Part shown: piece by piece, positions 22,609-33,279 of the stretch
How the letters are laid out: each line of letters begins with the position of its first letter
Position numbering within the stretch: the first letter of the stretch is position 1
Assembly (NCBI GenBank): GCA_019358935.1
Contig: JAHHIK010000053.1
Location: forward strand, 1-56,399
Length of the DNA: 56,399 nt
Reading direction: 5' to 3'
DNA from: Tolypothrix carrinoi HA7290-LM1
GTDB lineage: Bacteria > Cyanobacteriota > Cyanobacteriia > Cyanobacteriales > Nostocaceae
Translations under genes and position numbers: made by a program
Notes under the pieces: model-generated
What the model was told of the DNA's origin: nothing
Seen by the model: only the letters and a program-made list of their open reading frames with translations
Database searches by the model: none

Positions 22609-24120
22609 CTACTTTTTATGGGGACGAAAATTCGGTAATTCTACGGATGCTAATGACTTTCGCTTTTTGGGTGGACGCTGGGGATAAACCACCGGTGAGG
22701 GGGAGTTGGTATCGGCGGTGTAATCTGTCAATGGTTCTTGGTCAAAATTATTTGCCTGTGATTCTAACGAGTTAAGGGGTGTAGCTTGTGACCAGTAATC
22801 TTCTGGTTCTTCAGCCGTCGTTTCGGTGAAGGGTAAATTGGATGACATTGGTGATGCATCCCGAAGCGGAGAATGTCTTTCTGCAAACGCATCTTGAGAA
22901 TTTATTGTTTTTTCATCGTTTGAAATCGGTGTGGCGATCGCTTCCCATATCGGCGGAATCGGCTGAGTTGTTTCTGTATCTTTTTTATCAGCTGGTTTTG
23001 CCGCGAAAAACATTTGGATGACATCATCCAGCTGCTCGTCTATATTATTTGATGAAGGTGTGGTGTGGGGTGCGATTGGTTCATCATCAATTGAGTGCGA
23101 TTCTTTTTCGGTGTAAGCGTCGATGGTTGCTGGTTGTGAAGTTGAGAATTCCCAGGTAGATGAAGTAGAATCAGATCGTTGGCTTGTGTCTGGTGGGCGT
23201 GATAATAAAGATTCTCCCGACGGATAATTTAGCTCGTTAGTCAAAGAATCTATCTGTGCCGACCAAGGTTTAATCGGCTCGGCGTTAGAAAATGAAGACG
23301 AAGCTTGTTTAGAGTTTCTTGGTTGGCAGATGTTGATGTCGTCTGACTTCTTGGCGCTATCATCTAAAGAATCATAGCTGGGGACAGGGCTTTCCAGACA
23401 CTTTTCCAAAGCTGCTTTAAATTGCAGAGTTTGCCGCTGTTGTCGCATTAACCGACTGCGTAACTCTCGACAAGTAGTTTCTGATTGCAATATCTGGTGA
23501 GACTGTTCGTTGTAGCTAGTTTGAAGTTTGGCACATTCCCGCTCTAACTGGGCAAGCCGTTGTTGGCTAATTTCTAACTGTGATTTATAATTTTCGATTA
23601 AACTTTCCTGACGTTGAACTGTTTGGACGGCAGTTTCTAACTGTTGGAATAAAGACTTTATTTGCTCACCTGCTGCGGATAGTTCCTGAGTTTGTTGCCC
23701 AAGCATCGATTCGGCAACGCTTGAGCGCTTTTTCTGCCACTGCAATGCTTTTTCTGACTCAGATAAGTCAGCTTTTAACACCTCCACTTGCTCGTACAAG
23801 TTGGTGTTAGCGGAACGCAATTCTTCATTCAATTCCAGCAGCTTCTTGAATTCGTCATCAATTAGCGCTTGTTTTTCGCTGTCAGGTTCTGCCACCCAAT
23901 CTTGCGAGGGAGCGGGTATTCTCGACTCCGACGCACTACTAGCTTGGGCTTCGCGTAACTTGTCTTCTGCTGGCATCAAAAGTGGCAATTTCATCATTGC
24001 CATGTTGTTATTGGGCAAAACTGAATAAAAGGGACAATTCCCTGGATCTGATTGTGGCGAATTTGTCAAATTTTCTGGTTCAATAAAAGTCCCGTTATCT
24101 ATGTTGTCCGCTTGATTCAT
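22609..24120 (-). CDS. Hypothetical coiled-coil protein
   Basis: Long heptad-rich Q/E/L region followed by a low-complexity tail; ends SLASVELPNF. Confidence 0.8.
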   Translation of the reverse strand: MNQADNIDNGTFIEPENLTNSPQSDPGNCPFYSVLPNNNMAMMKLPLLMPAEDKLREAQASSASESRIPAPSQDWVAEPDSEKQALIDDEFKKLLELNEELRSANTNLYEQVEVLKADLSESEKALQWQKKRSSVAESMLGQQTQELSAAGEQIKSLFQQLETAVQTVQRQESLIENYKSQLEISQQRLAQLERECAKLQTSYNEQSHQILQSETTCRELRSRLMRQQRQTLQFKAALEKCLESPVPSYDSLDDSAKKSDDINICQPRNSKQASSSFSNAEPIKPWSAQIDSLTNELNYPSGESLLSRPPDTSQRSDSTSSTWEFSTSQPATIDAYTEKESHSIDDEPIAPHTTPSSNNIDEQLDDVIQMFFAAKPADKKDTETTQPIPPIWEAIATPISNDEKTINSQDAFAERHSPLRDASPMSSNLPFTETTAEEPEDYWSQATPLNSLESQANNFDQEPLTDYTADTNSPSPVVYPQRPPKKRKSLASVELPNFRPHKK

Positions 24121-24462
24121 TACTCTCCACCACCCAGCAGCTTCAAACTGTTCAGCACTAACACAGTATAATTACTCATGTATACTGTCTGATCCAAGTT
24201 TACTTTAGAAGACAAGTGCAGCTCTCCCAAACACAAGTCATTTGTTATGAATCCGTGTTATTTATTTTCCCGTATGAGGGCGCTGATGACGTTATAACAT
24301 TTTGAATTAGAGATGGGAAATTATTAATAATTGCAGCTTGTAAAGATAGGCAGGATACCTGTTCAGTGCGGCAATTAAACAAAATTTTATTATTAAGAAT
24401 ATTTAAGTAGAGACGTTCCTTGTTACATATTGTAGAGACGTTCCGGACCGAACGTCTCTACG

Positions 24463-26016
24463 TCAGGGTAGCCAGCTGGGGTGAAATCCAGTTAAGGGAA
24501 GTTGTTCTGGCTTAATTTCGGCATTTGTTCCGGCATCGGTGATGGGTAACAGAGGCATTAACCATAAACTACTAGTGGCGATCGCTTCTCCGTCATCGCT
24601 TCTCAAAGTGTTTCCCGGTGATGGGGGAGTGTTCGGATCTTGAGGCACTACTTGGTCAAATAACAATCCTAAACCATCCGGTGCTAAACTCATTTCGACA
24701 TTTCGTTGATCGGGGGGTAACACGAACAGTGGTTTCTGTTGCGCCGTATTTATGTCAATTGCCACTAAATATGGCTGTTCTTGATATACTTCTCCTCCTT
24801 GTAATAGCTGTGTTACCAAGCAATATAAAGTGGGTGAGGCAGTATCAAACTGACACTGAACAATTGAACCTGTAGTTTTTAACAGCAGTTTGTTGACACC
24901 TTGATTTGTGACTAAAAACAAATCTCGCGTGTAATCTGTATTAAACTTGACCATTGCCGCTTGAGAACCGTCTTTAGAAAAAGCTTGCACCAAGCCAAAT
25001 TGTGGGAAAAAAGCTAGGGGTTTACTACCATCTGCTTTTAAAGGTAAAATCGCTGTTCCCTCTCCTTGGGCAACTGCTACAGATTGACTATCTGGGGTGA
25101 TCGTAAAATCTCCTCCTGGCGGACTTTGCACGCGCTTCAGATTTGGTTTTTCGAGCCTGTTGGTGTTTGCTGGCATAAACCACAGCCCAAAGTCACCAGG
25201 ACTAGCTTTATTTCCTCGCTGAATGGCAATTGTTTGTCCATCCTGAGATATGTCAAATTTTAAGTTTTGAAAGTCTTTATTATCTAATATTAGGTCAACT
25301 TTTCCTGCTGGTTCAGCTTGTTTTTTCGCTTGTAAAGAAATGCCTGTAGTTACTGTATATAACTGCGCCGAAAGTAAGTCTTGACTTGATGATGCGCGAG
25401 CAGAAAATATAATTTTGTCTTTTTCGGGAAATGGCTTATAGTCCATCACTACCAAATCTTTGGGAGTCAGTATTTGGTTTTGGTCTTGAGTCAAATTATA
25501 AAGAACTAATCGTCCCTTTTCTTCTTTGTCTGCTCCTATATAAAGCATAATGCGATCGCGTGTGCGAAAGTTACCTACAAAAGGTGCGTTCGTCCGTTTT
25601 TTTCGTTCTTTTTCCGCAAACTTATCTTTTGCACCTTGTAACTGCACTTTATAAGTTGTACCATAAGGCGCTGGTGTCAAAAGCGTATAAAACATTTTCC
25701 GCCCCGCCCAACTAAATTTACCTGCTAGGGGAGGGTCAATTTTCAAGTTTTGCTCAACGCTTTTTGTGTCCATTGGGCGACTAAAAGAAAGAGCAAAACG
25801 GTTATATTCTGCCCCAATTTTTTGATTCTCCCAATTGGAATTGGTTAAGGATAAATCTTTTGTCTCACTTTCTTGATGTTGCCAGGTAAAGTCTCGTACA
25901 CGAGATGTTACCACGTCACCTTGCAATATCATTACTCCTATCACGAAACAGAGTAGGAGCATAATAGCGATCGCCGCACGATCTAGCGGTTGGATAGAGG
26001 CTTTAAAATTGGTCAT
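24463..26016 (-). CDS. Membrane-anchored Ig-like (Big_5) domain protein with propeller-like C-terminus
   Basis: N-terminal TM, FSRPMD, PPLAGKFSW, PAPYGTTY. Confidence 0.8.
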   Translation of the reverse strand: MTNFKASIQPLDRAAIAIMLLLCFVIGVMILQGDVVTSRVRDFTWQHQESETKDLSLTNSNWENQKIGAEYNRFALSFSRPMDTKSVEQNLKIDPPLAGKFSWAGRKMFYTLLTPAPYGTTYKVQLQGAKDKFAEKERKKRTNAPFVGNFRTRDRIMLYIGADKEEKGRLVLYNLTQDQNQILTPKDLVVMDYKPFPEKDKIIFSARASSSQDLLSAQLYTVTTGISLQAKKQAEPAGKVDLILDNKDFQNLKFDISQDGQTIAIQRGNKASPGDFGLWFMPANTNRLEKPNLKRVQSPPGGDFTITPDSQSVAVAQGEGTAILPLKADGSKPLAFFPQFGLVQAFSKDGSQAAMVKFNTDYTRDLFLVTNQGVNKLLLKTTGSIVQCQFDTASPTLYCLVTQLLQGGEVYQEQPYLVAIDINTAQQKPLFVLPPDQRNVEMSLAPDGLGLLFDQVVPQDPNTPPSPGNTLRSDDGEAIATSSLWLMPLLPITDAGTNAEIKPEQLPLTGFHPSWLP

Positions 26017-26019
26017 TGG

Positions 26020-26245
26020 TCATTGGTTAGTAGATAGTGGATAGTGGATAGTTGGAGCGTAGATAGTGGATAGTGGATAGTGGATAGTGGATAGTTGGAG
26101 CGTAGATAGTGGGAGCGTGGATAGTGGATAGTAGATAGTAAGATCGCAACTCACAACTCACAACTCACAACTCACAACGCTCCCACTAACTACGCTCCAA
26201 CTCACAACGCTCCCACTAACTACGCTCCCACTAACAACCAACAAT
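26020..26245. repeat. STRR blocks
   Basis: (TAGTGGA)n then (AACTCAC/CACTAAC)n. Confidence 0.8.
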
Positions 26246-26248
26246 TAA

Positions 26249-27019
26249 TTAATAACTATACGGATCTTTTGGTTGGGGAATTTTTTTTATGGAATTGGCA
26301 GCGATGGTGAGTTGGCGTTTGCCGGACAGTATTTCTGTCACCATTTGTCCTTCTACTTCTAGCCAGGTATCAGGTGTGTATTGTTCGCTATTTGGAGTTA
26401 ATTTGACGGGTAATCCTACAGGATAAGCGTCTGCGGCACAACAAGTCAGAACAAATTTCCCCAAGAACAAATAATCTTCTTGTAAATTTGGCGGGTGAAT
26501 CACAAATCCTTGCACTTTGACTTTTTGTCCTGAATATCTATCTGGTTCTGGATAAACATTAAGTTCGCGTACCCAGTCTACAAGCGATCGCTTCTCTGGA
26601 GGAGTGGAAGCACGAAATGCTTGGGGTTTGATGCGGGCTGTTCCTAATAAATCACTGACATCGCGTTGCAGTGCTTGATCGCTAGCAAAGACTCGCGGTG
26701 TAAAAATTAATCCGAGAATTGCCGCTGTTAATACCAAAGCACTACCCCAACCAGGGGGAAATAAATTTACATGCTCGGCACTGGGTATAATATCACGCCG
26801 TCGTCGTCGCCACAGTTCTTGCGCTCTGAAAAAAGCGACAATTAGCAAGCTGATACCGCTGGCGATCGCTAACCAAAAATAATTCGGATGAATTAACAAA
26901 TTTAGCTTGCCAGTCAGCCAGTATTTCAACAATAAAACTCCCCAAGCTGCAATTGCTATAACATCCAGCCAAGGAACTAACAAATTTGGTTTTTTAGGTT
27001 TTCGATTTTGGGTGGTCAT
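26249..27019 (-). CDS. TIGR03943 (DUF1980/YcgQ-like) putative permease subunit
   Basis: LLIHP, GQKVKVQGFV, FVLTCCAADA, WLEVEG, PKDPY. Confidence 0.88.
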   Translation of the reverse strand: MTTQNRKPKKPNLLVPWLDVIAIAAWGVLLLKYWLTGKLNLLIHPNYFWLAIASGISLLIVAFFRAQELWRRRRRDIIPSAEHVNLFPPGWGSALVLTAAILGLIFTPRVFASDQALQRDVSDLLGTARIKPQAFRASTPPEKRSLVDWVRELNVYPEPDRYSGQKVKVQGFVIHPPNLQEDYLFLGKFVLTCCAADAYPVGLPVKLTPNSEQYTPDTWLEVEGQMVTEILSGKRQLTIAANSIKKIPQPKDPYSY

Positions 27020-27177
27020 TAAAAACAAAAGTTAGGAGGCGCGGAGTTAGGAGTGAGGAATTAGATGTAACAATTGAGTAGTTAAAAGCAAGCATTTATG
27101 AGTCCATTTTAATTCTTAACTCTTAACTCCTAACTTTTAACTCCTAACTTTTAACTCCTAACTCCGCGCCTCCTAAC

Positions 27178-28233
27178 TTAAATTACGTGCAAGTTGATGA
27201 AAAGTGTAAGTAAAAATGTCAATAGTCCTGCCAAGCCAAATAAGTAAAATACAGTTCGTGGCTTGAAAATTGTCAACATCAAACCAACGCCTTTAATATC
27301 AATCATCGGACCATATACGAGGAATGCTAATAAAGAACCACTGGTAAATGTGGAGGCAAAAGACAGGGCAAAGAATGAATCGACTGTGGAACAAATTGAC
27401 ACAACAGCCGCTAATATCAGCATGGTAGCGATCGAGCTAACAGGACCTGCACCAAGACTGAGTATTAAGTCACGAGGGGCTAACACTTGAATTGCTGCGG
27501 CGATCGCACTGCCGATAACCATCACTGCACCTAATTCTCGCAATTCTTGGACGGTATTATCTAGCAATAGCCGCAGTTTATCTTTTAGCGGTTTTAGGGG
27601 TGTAGAAGTTGGCTCAGTCGTCTGCATTAAATTACTATCTATCTTAATGCTTGAACCGGCTTTTCCTCCTAAAAAATAAGTCCCTGACTGTAATAAACCA
27701 GAGGAAGTTGCTTCTAATGCTTGCTTTGAACGATGAGTTCGCCGTTTGGGTTCTGGTTTGCGTGGTGGGTTAAACTTCAGATAACGAGCGATCGCTGGTT
27801 GCAAAATCGGACTCAAATCCTTTTGAAAACTAAAGACAAACCCGATTATCGTGGCGATTAATAGCGAAAACACCACTCGTAAGACCACTATTTCTGGTTG
27901 ATCTCGAAACGCTGTCCAAGTTGCCCAAATCACAATCGGGTTAACAGTTGGTGCTGCCAGCAAAAAACCAATTGCCACGGGTGTAGGTACTCCTTGCATC
28001 AGCAATCGCCGCGCTACCGGCACGTTGCCGCACTCACACACCGGAAACAAAAAGCCGATCAAACTCCCGGCAAACGCACCCAGCAGCGGATTTTTTGGCA
28101 TTGCCGCCACAAGAGTGCGCTCATCGACAAACAATAACAGCAAACTGGAGAACAATACCCCTAGCAGTAAAAACGGTATCGCCTCTACTAGCAGACTAAG
28201 AAATAGGGTGAAACCATTGTTCAGTTGATTCAT
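27178..28233 (-). CDS. DUF318 (YcgR/ArsP-like) permease
   Basis: EAIPFLLLG, PVCECGNVP, SICSTVD, GPMIDIK. Confidence 0.9.
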   Translation of the reverse strand: MNQLNNGFTLFLSLLVEAIPFLLLGVLFSSLLLLFVDERTLVAAMPKNPLLGAFAGSLIGFLFPVCECGNVPVARRLLMQGVPTPVAIGFLLAAPTVNPIVIWATWTAFRDQPEIVVLRVVFSLLIATIIGFVFSFQKDLSPILQPAIARYLKFNPPRKPEPKRRTHRSKQALEATSSGLLQSGTYFLGGKAGSSIKIDSNLMQTTEPTSTPLKPLKDKLRLLLDNTVQELRELGAVMVIGSAIAAAIQVLAPRDLILSLGAGPVSSIATMLILAAVVSICSTVDSFFALSFASTFTSGSLLAFLVYGPMIDIKGVGLMLTIFKPRTVFYLFGLAGLLTFLLTLFINLHVI

Positions 28234-28304
28234 GTGTGTCGCCGATCAAAGCGGTGTGAGTTGAACTGGTGATCCCCAGCCATTTTATCGAAATGGGGAT
28301 CAAA

Positions 28305-28665
28305 ATGGGTAATGGGGAATGGGTAATGGGGAATGGGGCATGGGGGAGGCAGTGCGTTGCGGTGAGTCCACTCGGCGGTGTCGGTTTCCGTCCCGTCGAA
28401 GTGGCGAACCCGAAGGGAGGTTCCCTCCGTTGTAGCACCTGCCGTCATGGGGCATTGGGGAGGCAGTGCGTTGGACGGGTTCCCCGGCTTGAAGCATCTG
28501 CCGTCATGGGGCATTGGGCATGGAAAGAATCGTATTTATTCACCCTCATAGCGCATCACCGAACTTGTTTAATTCCCAATTCCCAATTCCCAATGCCCAA
28601 TGCCCAATTCCCAATTCCCAATGCCCAATGCCCAATTCCCAATGCCCAATTCCCAATTCCCAATG
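28305..28665. repeat. STRR repeats with embedded structured dispersed repeats (28343-28446, 28457-28505)
   Basis: Heptamer arrays flanking GGGGAGGCAG...CTGCCGTC hairpin units. Confidence 0.8.
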
Positions 28666-29316
28666 CTCGATTACCTACCTAAGTGAGTTTATTTACGGGG
28701 TTATAGTTGTGCTAGATTGCTTGAGTTTCAAAATGGTTCCCATTCTAAGCGTAACTACCTAAAAGCATCATTTTTTATAATGCATGTTTAAACACTTACA
28801 GTAATTTGGCTAGATTGAGTGTTAACTTAAACGTATTTTCATCAAAAATTCACAGTTTTTAAACACAAGCGCTATTTTTTGCTCTATGCGATCGCCACCA
28901 CTTGTCAAAATTGTTTGCATCAATCACCCTGAAAAGTGAATTCAAAATTATAAAGTAAAAATTAAGAATTAGTCAAATAATTTAAGGCGGCACGGTGCAG
29001 CCGTTGTGACCATAGCCCTACCAGGTGCGGGTGTCGGCTATTCTCATCATCGATGCAACCCCCTCGAACCGATGCGTGCAGCTAACGTCAAAAATTATTT
29101 CTCAGCATTTTCTCAGGAAATTTATCATGTATTTTTAATATTAAGCTGATAAATCAGTTTTATATTAAGTGACAAATACATCAGGAAAAAACAAAGAAAT
29201 GAAATTTACCAAAATCCTTGGGGATGAAATATTGGTTAACATTTCCGCTTTTGCTGATGGTAGCTTTATTTTTGTCCATTTTTTATTAGTACACTCTCAA
29301 TTTTATCAAATTTACA

Positions 29317-29925
29317 ATGAATAAGAACCTTTTACGACGACGCCAGTTGCTTTATTATTTTGGAATTGGAGCTATGCTAGCAAGTGCAAAACCAATCCTT
29401 GACTTAACTTTTAAAAAAACTGATAGTACTTCTTTAAATAATAGCCCGAGCAACTTATCTCCGGCAAATGTTGTTGCTGCCGAGCCTTCATCAGCTAAGG
29501 CTTTACCAGAATTTCAGGGCATAAGTCAATGGCTCAATTCTGCTCCTTTAACGACTCAAGACCTGAAAGGTAAAGTTGTATTAATTCACATTTGGACTTT
29601 TGCGTGCATCAATTGTCAGCGGACTATTCCCTATGTTGTTCGTTGGCATGAACAATATGCTAGTCAAGGACTCAAGGTGATAGGAGTTCATACTCCTGAG
29701 TTTGGATACGAGCGGGATGTAAACAATGTCAAAAGAGCATTGAAACAACACAAAATTACTTATCCGGTTCCCATCGATAACGATTATAAAACTTGGAAAG
29801 CCTATAACAACGAATATTGGCCTCATCTATTTTTGGCAGACCGTCAGGGGTTCCTGCAATATGACCGTATAGGGGAAGGTGCTTATGAGAAAACTGAGCA
29901 GAAAATCCGTCAGTTATTAGGATAA
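29317..29925 (+). CDS. Thioredoxin-like (DipZ/TlpA type) protein with Tat-like signal
   Basis: LRRRQLL signal, WTFACINC CxxC, GVHTPEF, NEYWP, IGEGAY. Confidence 0.88.
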   Translation: MNKNLLRRRQLLYYFGIGAMLASAKPILDLTFKKTDSTSLNNSPSNLSPANVVAAEPSSAKALPEFQGISQWLNSAPLTTQDLKGKVVLIHIWTFACINCQRTIPYVVRWHEQYASQGLKVIGVHTPEFGYERDVNNVKRALKQHKITYPVPIDNDYKTWKAYNNEYWPHLFLADRQGFLQYDRIGEGAYEKTEQKIRQLLG

Positions 29926-29930
29926 GGAAT

Positions 29931-30629
29931 GTGGCTATTTCTAGTTTATCTACGGCGGCTTTGGCATTGTTGGGGGGATTTTTAACTGTAATGTCGCCGT
30001 GTGTTCTACCTATTCTGCCAGTATTAGTGGGTCGATCGCTTCAATCTCACAAGTATGGTCCGGTAGCTTTGGTTGCAGGCTTGGTAAGTGGATTTGCTGT
30101 AGCCGGCAGTCTTTTGGGAGTGACGGCAAGCTGGTTGACTGTTTTAGCTAGTGGGTTAAGAAATGTAGCGATTTTCCTGCTTTTATTCATGGGAATTCTC
30201 GCAGTTTTTCCTAAGTGGAGTTACCGTTTATTCAGTTATATAAAAGTAGGTAAAAGTACCAGAAAGCCTGGGCAGATAGGATTAAAGGGAGAGTTTTGGC
30301 TGGGAACTCAACTAGGCTTGTTGTGGACGCCTTGTGCAGGACCTGTTTTAGGAAGTATTTTAGTTTTGGCGGCGGTTAAACATCAGATTATAGATGCCTT
30401 TGTTTTGCTTGTTGTCTATGGAATTGGGGCAGCATTACCAATGATTGCACTGGCTTACGGAAGTCGCCGTTTAAGTCAAAAGCTGCTTTATAAGATGCGA
30501 TCGCATAGTATGATTTTGCAAAGAGTCGGCGGAGTCTTAATCGCCGTTAGTGCGATCGCTATTCTCTTAGGTTGGGACGTACAAGTGCAACTTTGGCTAG
30601 CTCCATTTTTTCCCCCTTTACCACTTTAA
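29931..30629 (+). CDS. ccdA: Cytochrome c biogenesis CcdA/DsbD-type transmembrane protein
   Basis: SPCVLPILP and WTPCAGPVLG motifs. Confidence 0.88.
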   Translation: MAISSLSTAALALLGGFLTVMSPCVLPILPVLVGRSLQSHKYGPVALVAGLVSGFAVAGSLLGVTASWLTVLASGLRNVAIFLLLFMGILAVFPKWSYRLFSYIKVGKSTRKPGQIGLKGEFWLGTQLGLLWTPCAGPVLGSILVLAAVKHQIIDAFVLLVVYGIGAALPMIALAYGSRRLSQKLLYKMRSHSMILQRVGGVLIAVSAIAILLGWDVQVQLWLAPFFPPLPL

Positions 30630-30652
30630 AATCTATTAAAAGAAAAAATACT

Positions 30653-31261
30653 ATGACTGCCTCTACTGCTTCCAAAAAATCACGACCTAAACCACAACCA
30701 AATCAGGCTCTTTTAGCCAAGATATTTCACTGGGTCAACATCATTGCTTTGTTGTTAATGATTACTAGTGGTCTACAGATTTATAATGCTAACCCAGTTT
30801 TTGGTGGACGTGGGGGTTGGCAGTTTCCATCTCTGTTTTTGCTAGGAGGATGGTTAGCTGGAGGTAGACACTGGCATTTTGCGGCTATGTGGCTGTTTGC
30901 GCTGAATTTACTTTGGTACGGGCTATACATTTTTATTACGCAACGCTGGAAGCGTCGCTTTGTTGGTGTTAATGACTTGAAAGCACTACAAACGAGTCAA
31001 AACCCAAAACGCAGAATCTATGTCTGGCATCGATTAGCGTACACTGTTATCATTCCGATTCTTTTGCTTGCTATACTCAGCGGCATCGGCATGTATAAAC
31101 CTGCTCAGTTCCATTGGATAGTTGGTATCCTGGGAAGTTGGCAAGCTTTGCGAGTAGTTCACTTTCTCACCATCCCTATAGTAGTTATATTTGTGATTTT
31201 CCACTCCTGGTTAGGGTTGAAAGCGGGGGGTTATCGATTGATTAAATCAATGTTCTGGTAA
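30653..31261 (+). CDS. Cytochrome b/b6-like di-heme membrane protein
   Basis: FHWVN, SGLQIYNA, RHWHFAAMW, YKPAQF, VHF...FH. Confidence 0.85.
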   Translation: MTASTASKKSRPKPQPNQALLAKIFHWVNIIALLLMITSGLQIYNANPVFGGRGGWQFPSLFLLGGWLAGGRHWHFAAMWLFALNLLWYGLYIFITQRWKRRFVGVNDLKALQTSQNPKRRIYVWHRLAYTVIIPILLLAILSGIGMYKPAQFHWIVGILGSWQALRVVHFLTIPIVVIFVIFHSWLGLKAGGYRLIKSMFW

Positions 31262-31480
31262 AAGTGCTTTCTTTGCTACATATATAATGTGCGATCGCCC
31301 GGATGATTTACATCTTATTGTAGAGACGTTCCATTGTCACGTCTCTACGATTATTACGCTTGTGGGTATTGGTGTTTGGGGGTGCGATCGGTGGAGTCGG
31401 CTCCAGAACCCTTTATTCATCAGCAGCTTCGCACATAATACTTCTACTCTATTAACTTGCAATCCGCTGTAAAAGTTTTA

Positions 31481-31807
31481 AGGCAGACCGCTCCCGGCAC
31501 GAGGCAGACCGCTCCCGGCACGAGGCAGACCGCTCCCGGCACGAGGCAGACCGCTCCCGTCACGAGGCAGACCGCTCCCGGCACGAGGCAGACCGCTCCC
31601 GGCACGAGGCAGACCGCTCCCGTCACGAGGCAGACCGCTCCCGTCACGAGGCAGACCGCTCCCGTCACGAGCAAGACCGCTCCCGGCACGAGCAAGACCG
31701 CTCCCGGCACGAGAAAGACCGCTCCCGGCACGAGAAAGACCGCTCCCGGCACGAGCAAGACCGCTCCCGGCACGAGCAAGACCGCTCCCGTTACGAAACA
31801 GACCGCT
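31481..31807. repeat. 21-bp minisatellite, 15 full units plus a partial unit
   Basis: Consensus AGGCAGACCGCTCCCGGCACG with AGCAAG/AGAAAG and GTC variants. Confidence 0.95.
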
Positions 31808-32072
31808 TCAGGGGAGTTGGTTTGGTGTAGACGCAAAGCGATTTGTTGCTAGATATCGCTGCGTAGGCAAAACTCAACTTAGGCGATCGCCTTAGAGACC
31901 ATTTATATACCAAATGTAGTAAAATCACACCATTAAATTACGGTTGCCCTTCCATTGTTCTGTTTGCAGCTTGTTACATTAAAGAAGTGTGAAGCAAACG
32001 CAAACATAATTTTTGATTTATTTATAACTCTTAACTCTTAAACTATAAAAATTAACCAAAATTATTTTTTAG

Positions 32073-32179
32073 TATAGCAACAGTCAAGGTGGTTAGGACA
32101 TCATGTGATGAGAAAACGCTCTTACACAAAAAGACTTTTCACCCAGTCCCCAGTCCCCAGTCCCCAGTCCCTTGCTATA
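32073..32179. mobile_element. MITE-like element with short terminal inverted repeats
   Basis: TATAGCAA ... TTGCTATA enclosing a (CCCCAGT)n array. Confidence 0.5.
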
Positions 32180-32246
32180 ACAATAATAATCGCTTTTACT
32201 AGCGAATAATTAAAATTTATCTGCTAAAAAAGCAGGAATTTTTGCT

Positions 32247-33113
32247 GTGAATAAATCGATGAGAAAAAAGATTCTTCTATTAGCAATTATTGCTGTTTTA
32301 TCTTTTATTATGACTACATTTGCCCCCTCACTTTCCAGCGTTGAGAAAATAAATCAACTCTATATTTTTGGCGATAGTCTTTCGGATACAGGCAATATAT
32401 ACCGCGCTACCGCAGGTGTCTATCCCTCTAGCCCTCCGTACTTTCAAGGACGTTATTCTAATGGTTTAGTCTGGGTAGAATATCTTGCCTCTGGGCTGAA
32501 GTTAACTGCCAAACAAAGCACTAACTTTGCTTTTGGTGGTGCAACGACGGGAAGCAGCGGGATGAATGGAATACCGGGATTGTTAGCGCAAGTTAATAAT
32601 TTTACAAAAGCTCATCCGGATATAAATCCAAATGCGCTTTATGTTCTGTGGGCTGGTGCTAATGATTATCTTTATGGTAGTAGCAATTCAACGATGCCAA
32701 TCGAGAATTTATCTAGAGCAATTGAGTTACTCTCTACAGCAGGTGCTAAAAAAATTCTCGTTGCTAATATACCTGATTTAGGAAAGCTTCCAGCCACACG
32801 CTACACTGCAAATTCTAATAGCCTTAGTGAAAGCGCGATCGCTCACAATCAAAGTTTGGCTAAATCCTTTGAGGTGCTGAACGATAAGTTAGGTCATGAC
32901 ACCCAGATTATCCAACTTGACGTAAATTCTTTATACCGCGAAGCGATTACCGAACCAGCCAAATTTGGTTTCACAAATGTAACCAACGCTTGTCTAAATA
33001 ATGTTGCTGTCTGCGATAATCCAGATAAGTTTTTATTCTGGGATGGCATTCATCCAACAACTGCCGCTCATCGGATATTGGCAGAAGTAGCTTTAAAAGC
33101 ACTTAAAAATTAG
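32247..33113 (+). CDS. SGNH/GDSL hydrolase
   Basis: FGDSLSDTGN, GANDY, FWDGIHPT. Confidence 0.92.
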   Translation: MNKSMRKKILLLAIIAVLSFIMTTFAPSLSSVEKINQLYIFGDSLSDTGNIYRATAGVYPSSPPYFQGRYSNGLVWVEYLASGLKLTAKQSTNFAFGGATTGSSGMNGIPGLLAQVNNFTKAHPDINPNALYVLWAGANDYLYGSSNSTMPIENLSRAIELLSTAGAKKILVANIPDLGKLPATRYTANSNSLSESAIAHNQSLAKSFEVLNDKLGHDTQIIQLDVNSLYREAITEPAKFGFTNVTNACLNNVAVCDNPDKFLFWDGIHPTTAAHRILAEVALKALKN

Positions 33114-33279
33114 TTCGCTCAATTGATATCCAATATATCCAAAGTATCTCTAGAGATGGAAGGGCAGGCTATCTTGGGGTAGAAGTTATAACCAACTATA
33201 ATATCTACCCTTTTATTAGGTGCAACTAAAAGCTTGTTTTCAAACCATAACCATTTCACAAAGATTTAAACAGATATCA

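Noticed and set aside
28196..28762. Several short ORFs on both strands
   Set aside because: They are translations of STRR and dispersed repeats.
31481..31807. CRISPR array
   Set aside because: Units are contiguous 21-mers with no unique spacers, and there are no cas genes.
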